Assembly: GCA_963793425.1 (NCBI GenBank)
Contig: CAWCAG010000005.1
Span: 1,440,001 to 1,504,000, forward strand
Source: an uncultured cyanobacterium
GTDB lineage: Bacteria; Cyanobacteriota; Cyanobacteriia; Cyanobacteriales; CAWCAG01
Length of the DNA: 64,000 nucleotides
Reading direction: 5' to 3'
The translations under genes and the position numbers were made by a program. Shown piece by piece: positions 60,992 through 64,000 of the stretch; position 1 is the stretch's first letter, and each line of letters begins with the position of its first letter. The notes beneath the pieces are model-generated. The model was not told where the DNA came from. It was given only the letters and a program-made list of their open reading frames with translations, and made no database searches.

Positions 60992-61486
60992 TTATCCACT
61001 CAAACTCTTAAGAATACGCAAAACTTGATACAAAGCATTTTCTCCTGGATCGCGAGTAATGAAAACTTTGGACAAGGCATAACGGGGTTTATCAGTTTTC
61101 ACTAATTTAGTAAAAACAAAACTACCGCCAGTGGTAATCATGCCATAACTAGGTTGATGAGAGTGAGGATTTCTCAGCATATAAGCCAAAATTTGGGCTA
61201 ACCCTTCTTCAATAGAAAAAGAAGCTTTCTTCGATTCAATCGCCATCACCCAAAATTGCTCTTTTAGCACCAGGGTATCGATTCTACCTTTAACAATTAT
61301 CCCATCATCTTCTGAACTAATCTCAATAGATTTTTCTGCTTTAACGTAAAAAGGTTTGAGATAAAAATCAGCAATAAATAATAACGGGTCTAAAACTGTC
61401 ATCTTAACCACATCTTCTAAAAGAGGCGGATAGTTAAGCAGATTTATGTAACCAGCTTTAACTTTATCTAAAAGTTGTTGCTCTAT
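60992..61486 (-). pseudogene. Small type I restriction HsdR_N-like (PD-(D/E)xK) protein, 5'-truncated at the IS630 end
   Basis: GRIDTLV, IESK, QILAYM, TTGGSF; frame stays open up to the IS end (IEQQLLDKVKAGYINLL). Confidence 0.75.
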
Positions 61487-62319
61487 ATAGCAATTCTATT
61501 TGAGATGTAAAAATAGATTGCGTAAAAAAAGCTAAAATAAAACCAATACTTTAGAGAAGCATCTAGAAATGGAAGAGCCTAAAAGTGTAGTGAAAAAACA
61601 GATAGAAAAATTGCAGAGATTTCTAGACATTCATCCTGATGCTAGAGAAATGAAGAGAGCATTAGCAGTAAAACTAGCCTTACAAGGCTATGCTTATCGT
61701 ACAATCAAAGAGATTATCAACGTATCTCCTGGGTTTGTAAGTAAGTGGAAGAAGAGATTTAAAGCAGAGGGAATAGAAGGATTAAAATTGGGATATAAAG
61801 GTGCAAAAAAAAGCTAAATGAGAAAGAAATAGAAGAAGTAGTTAAGTGGATACTTTGTCAAGATTATTGGGACATAGGAGATTTAGAGATTCATCTAATA
61901 GAAGAGTATGATGTGGTATTTGAAGCAGCACAAGAGATTGCTGTATATGCAATTGACGAATGCCACTTACTCGGAGATGACCTTTGTGGGCAGGTTTGGG
62001 GGCAGTCAATTGAACGAGTAAAAATACAGATTGAAAACAGCCGAAACCGACAAACATATTATGGAGCATTAAATATACTTGAAAAAGAAACAGAAATGGA
62101 AAATAGATTGTCATCTTTTTGCACCTTATGCCCCAGAAGAAAATCCGGTAGAAGCAGTCTGGCTACAATTGAAATCATTATTACGAAAGTTTTATCGTTT
62201 TGGCAAAAACTTTAAGATAGTTAATCAAATATTTCAACTTCTTGTTGAATTCAAGCTTTTCAGCTTTCCCAATATAAATAAGTTCACTGCCTTTTCACAA
62301 ATCATTTAGAATTGCTATA
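61486..62319 (+). mobile_element. IS630-family element, internally deleted and non-autonomous
   Basis: 28-bp imperfect TIRs TATAGCAATTCTA..; HTH ORF, DECHL, YYGALN, APYAPEENPVEAVW in broken frames. Confidence 0.9.
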
Positions 62320-62459
62320 GATGTTGAACTTGGCTCTTGACTTGGAGAGATTGTTAATACTTTACCATCAAAAGCTAATTACGAAGAGCCGAGAAAAAAC
62401 TTATCTCAAAGCGAGCAGCTAATTACAATGTGTTTCTTGTTTATCCTCTTACATTCAGA

Positions 62460-63308
62460 TTACCGCTTTGAATGCCAATCAATCTCACCTTGGGTAGGAA
62501 GTTCAAACACAGAAGGGAGATTAGCCCAAGGTAAATCTGGAGTTAAATATTTATCTTCACAAAGGTCTTCAATATAGGTATATCCATACCTCAGGCTGCT
62601 CTTGACAAACTGTTTTTCTGCCCAGTCAACAACCCCTTGTCTCTGGGAAACTTCCAATTTACTGGCGATATAGCGTAACGCCTTGAGAGTCATAGCTTGG
62701 TCAACTGCTTTACGAAGCACGGTTGCTTCGTAGCAGTTGTCCATTCTTTCGTAAGGAATTAATTCTTCGGGAGGGGGAGGGGCAACTTCCTTGATGTGTG
62801 TTTCAATCTTTTGTCTGTGGGCAAAATTGATATCGTGATAAATCTCTAGTCCTAAAGACTCCAGCGGCTGAGGAGCAGGCACTTTCCATCGACGGCTGTA
62901 GCGAAAATATTCTTTCTCATATATGTAACGTAAAACTACTTGCCACTGGTGCATAGCTACACGAGCTTCTGAACAGAAAAAGTGAAATAGTACCCATCCT
63001 CCCAAATTAATAGCTACATTTTCCCCCATCTCTTCTGCTAATTTCTCTAGTGCTTGGATTACTACTTCTCTGACTAATCCTCCTCGGCCACCAGGCTTTC
63101 CCACTGCCCAATATCCTGCTTCCAAGCGAGTTTGATGTTCCTGTTTTGCCCAACCATAGATCGACAGCCAAGTCTCCGGTTGTTCTAATAATTCTTGAGG
63201 CCAACCTAATAGAGGGATGAAGGGTTGTGTCCATTCTAGGGTTGGTAAAGATAGGGCCGGCAACCAATGCCTACTTGCTGAATCGTCCCAAGGAGATATG
63301 AGTGCCAT
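62460..63308 (-). CDS. Hypothetical protein
   Basis: 282-aa ORF co-oriented with upstream genes; no motif recognised. Confidence 0.65.
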   Translation of the reverse strand: MALISPWDDSASRHWLPALSLPTLEWTQPFIPLLGWPQELLEQPETWLSIYGWAKQEHQTRLEAGYWAVGKPGGRGGLVREVVIQALEKLAEEMGENVAINLGGWVLFHFFCSEARVAMHQWQVVLRYIYEKEYFRYSRRWKVPAPQPLESLGLEIYHDINFAHRQKIETHIKEVAPPPPEELIPYERMDNCYEATVLRKAVDQAMTLKALRYIASKLEVSQRQGVVDWAEKQFVKSSLRYGYTYIEDLCEDKYLTPDLPWANLPSVFELPTQGEIDWHSKR

Positions 63309-63353
63309 AGAATTTTTTTAAATTGATTGGTTAGCTCAATTCAATACGCTTTC

Positions 63354-63926
63354 TTAAAAAATAAACCAATAACGCTCAATAGCTACTTGTATTTTGTTTG
63401 AAGGATAATCTTCTCCATGATGAGCTTGCATATATTCTAAATACTCTTTGATTGTTTTACCCTGTTCACGACTAAAACCCGACATTCTCTCAATAAAATT
63501 ATGTACACTTCGATGACAACTTTCTAACCTGTTTTGCAAAATTTCAGCTAACTCCACCTCTAGCTCTTTGTAATTCCTAAGATCATAAGCCGCTTTAAAA
63601 GCATCTACTTCTATTGGTAATGTTAGGTTGCTAACTATATAATCAGGTATAACATCAGAGGGATAATAATGCTCTATTGCCACACAAAGATAAGCTGGCA
63701 AATAAAATCTAAACGCCTCTACAGAAAAAAAGGTTAAAGCAGAATTTTGGTAAATTATGGTTTCACTCGGTACATCTTTCCAATGTTTACCCTGAAAAGC
63801 TTGCTCAATATCTAAACATTCTAAACATCTACCACTATTGTCATAAACAATGTTATCGTCACCAGGATAAAGTGAATCACCAAAGTTGTTTTCTATTTTT
63901 TCTAATATTGCTGCTTCACTTAACAT
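63354..63926 (-). CDS. DUF6714-like hypothetical protein
   Basis: FQGKHWKDV...LTFFSVEAFRFYLPAY...ERYW. Confidence 0.65.
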   Translation of the reverse strand: MLSEAAILEKIENNFGDSLYPGDDNIVYDNSGRCLECLDIEQAFQGKHWKDVPSETIIYQNSALTFFSVEAFRFYLPAYLCVAIEHYYPSDVIPDYIVSNLTLPIEVDAFKAAYDLRNYKELEVELAEILQNRLESCHRSVHNFIERMSGFSREQGKTIKEYLEYMQAHHGEDYPSNKIQVAIERYWFIF

Positions 63927-64000
63927 TTAGCTGGGCGGTAACTTAATCCCTTGATTGGCTATTCTTTGCAAAGATATTTCAACCTCATCCCTCACATTTT
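63927..64000 (-). CDS. 3' end of an unidentified gene abutting the next start codon
   Basis: NVRDEVEISLQRIANQGIKLPPS* with TAAATG junction. Confidence 0.5.
   Translation of the reverse strand, partial: NVRDEVEISLQRIANQGIKLPPS

Noticed and set aside
61805..61813. A-run in IS630 as a programmed -1 frameshift site
   Set aside because: The element is internally deleted and homopolymer errors are likely in this assembly, so the two explanations cannot be distinguished

Overview
Cyanobacterial chromosome segment: AT-rich, about 30 HIP1 GCGATCGC sites by eye, heptamer STRR tracts and PEP-CTERM proteins. Housekeeping genes (tyrS, pyrF, thiE/thiS, rtcB, pip, tatC, pheS, pgsA, ppk1, fabD, folP, rnc, queE, mog, cysS) alternate with accessory patches. 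The best candidate for an unusual system is a stand-alone 508-aa CARF + HEPN + mCpol (minimal CRISPR polymerase) fusion at 9140-10666. It sits in a Uma2-flanked islet just upstream of an rtcB whose promoter carries a palindromic operator, and no cas genes or CRISPR array are in the window. Other points of interest: two adjacent genes sharing a C-terminal/N-terminal Asn/Gly-rich amyloid-like motif (39.5-40.8 kb); a cluster of NLR-like P-loop NTPases (23-32 kb); GTAG-REP-like hairpins with long variable loops; ISL3 and IS630 remnants; and several pseudogenes. Five frameshifts in four long genes are each repaired by adding one base to a homopolymer, which suggests assembly error rather than biology. 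No rRNA, tRNA or CRISPR array was recognised. Product calls come from motif recognition only; no database search was run.
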